Shown here: one piece after another, positions 56,455 through 57,360 of the stretch
Layout of the letters: every line of letters starts with the position of its first letter
How positions within the stretch are numbered: the stretch's first letter is position 1
Source: Bifidobacterium breve
GTDB lineage: Bacteria; Actinomycetota; Actinomycetes; S36-B12
Direction of reading: 5' to 3'
Assembly (NCBI GenBank): GCA_945861925.1
Contig: CAMAWO010000001.1
Span: 1-57,360 of the forward strand
Length of the DNA: 57,360 nucleotides
The notes under the pieces: generated by a model
Told to the model about the DNA's origin: nothing
Database searches by the model: none
The model's input: only the letters and a program-made list of their open reading frames with translations
Made by a program: the position numbers and the translations under genes

Positions 56455-57360
56455 CTACTTGGAACGGACGAGAACCTTGAGCTGGTCGCCCTGAGGATCG
56501 ACGAGGACGTCGAAGCCCTTTGTCACGACGTCCACGAGGTCAATCGTCGTGGTGACCGCCCTAGCGACGGGGAACTTTCCCGCAGCAACCAGTCGGATGA
56601 CACGGGGCCAGTCGGTGAGGTTGTAGCACCAACTGCCCTTCACCTGGATCTCCTTGTTCGCCACCAGCATCATGTCGATGATCGCTGGGGCGGTATGCAG
56701 TCCCGTCTGCACAACCTGACCGCGCGCCCGAGTGCTGGCGATCGCAGTGGTCATACCCGGTGTGGTTCCAGAGCATTCGACCGCGAGATCGACGCCGATC
56801 CCGCTCGTGAGGCCCATGATGAGTTCCGTGAAGCCCGGATCGGTCGGATCGATGACCTCCCCGATGTCCATGGCACGGGCCAGCGCCGCGCGATTCGGAT
56901 TCGGCTCGGCAATGACGACCGTCGCGGCACCGATCGCATTGGCGTACATCGCCGACAGCACGCCGATGGGGCCTGCGCCCGTGACGAGCACGATGTCACC
57001 ACCGGTTACCCCTGCCCAGTCAACCCCGTAGGCCGCCACGCAGGCCGGCTCGATGACCGCGCCCTCAATGTCCGACACCGAGTCGGGGAGGACGGCCACC
57101 TGGGACTCCTTGACCACCGCGTAATTCGCGAGGGCACCGGTCTCACTGCTCAGCCCCGTGCACGCCATGTTCAGGCACAGTTGCCCGTTTCCGCGGCGGC
57201 AGTGGTAGCAGCGCCCGCAGATGATGATCGGGCAGACCGAGACCCTATCGCCGACCCGGACATCGCGGACATCAGACCCGATAGCCGCCACGGTACCGGC
57301 GAACTCGTGGCCGAGTGTCTGGGGCAGGCTTGCCCCGGTGAGCGGGTGTGGGCTTGCCGG
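56455..57360 (-). CDS. zinc-dependent alcohol dehydrogenase (2,3-butanediol/threonine dehydrogenase-like), N-terminus outside window
   Basis: The frame is open to the window edge. Contains GHEFAGTVAAIG, the structural zinc site CGRCYHCRRGNGQLC and the Rossmann motif VTGAGPIG. Confidence 0.9.
   Translation of the reverse strand, partial: PASPHPLTGASLPQTLGHEFAGTVAAIGSDVRDVRVGDRVSVCPIIICGRCYHCRRGNGQLCLNMACTGLSSETGALANYAVVKESQVAVLPDSVSDIEGAVIEPACVAAYGVDWAGVTGGDIVLVTGAGPIGVLSAMYANAIGAATVVIAEPNPNRAALARAMDIGEVIDPTDPGFTELIMGLTSGIGVDLAVECSGTTPGMTTAIASTRARGQVVQTGLHTAPAIIDMMLVANKEIQVKGSWCYNLTDWPRVIRLVAAGKFPVARAVTTTIDLVDVVTKGFDVLVDPQGDQLKVLVRSK

Overview
High-GC actinobacterial chromosomal segment. I recognised no rRNA, tRNA, CRISPR array, transposase or integrase. 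The backbone encodes central and nucleoside metabolism, in an order that (from memory) mirrors the M. tuberculosis Rv3280-Rv3319 region. On the + strand: accD5(partial)-accE5-maf-accA3, a TPM-like membrane protein, an LpdA-like flavoprotein, then a tightly packed deoxynucleoside operon (PNP, phosphopentomutase-like mutase, deoC, ALDH, truncated ALDH paralog). On the - strand: adenosine deaminase, then a 13-kb block of sdhC-sdhA-sdhB, a B12-domain-less acyl-CoA mutase, nucleoside hydrolase, BMP-type nucleoside ABC transporter, cdd and deoA. Further along are gabD-like ALDH, a D,D-carboxypeptidase, trpS, a CNNM/CorC protein, tesB, icd and mdh. The window ends with an acetoin-dehydrogenase-like E1a/E1b/E2 cluster that also carries an M24 hydrolase, a VOC protein, a zinc ADH and an orphan TIM-barrel gene. 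Two accessory insertions interrupt the backbone. A small one (about 12.0-14.1 kb) holds vapBC, a truncated GNAT and an HTH protein. An 11-kb one (15.5-26.5 kb) splits the normally contiguous deoA/add pair. The larger island contains a gene-decay zone with nonsense-inactivated genes, an 877-aa SEC-C/TPR protein with no recognisable catalytic motif, a DMT transporter, a dense cluster of intact and degraded toxin-antitoxin modules, a GAF-LuxR regulator and several tiny membrane or zinc-ribbon ORFs. The best candidates for undescribed biology are the orphan SEC-C protein, the atypical aco-like cluster, and a shared AT-rich palindrome flanking the TPM gene. All functional calls rest on my reading of the translations; no database search was run.
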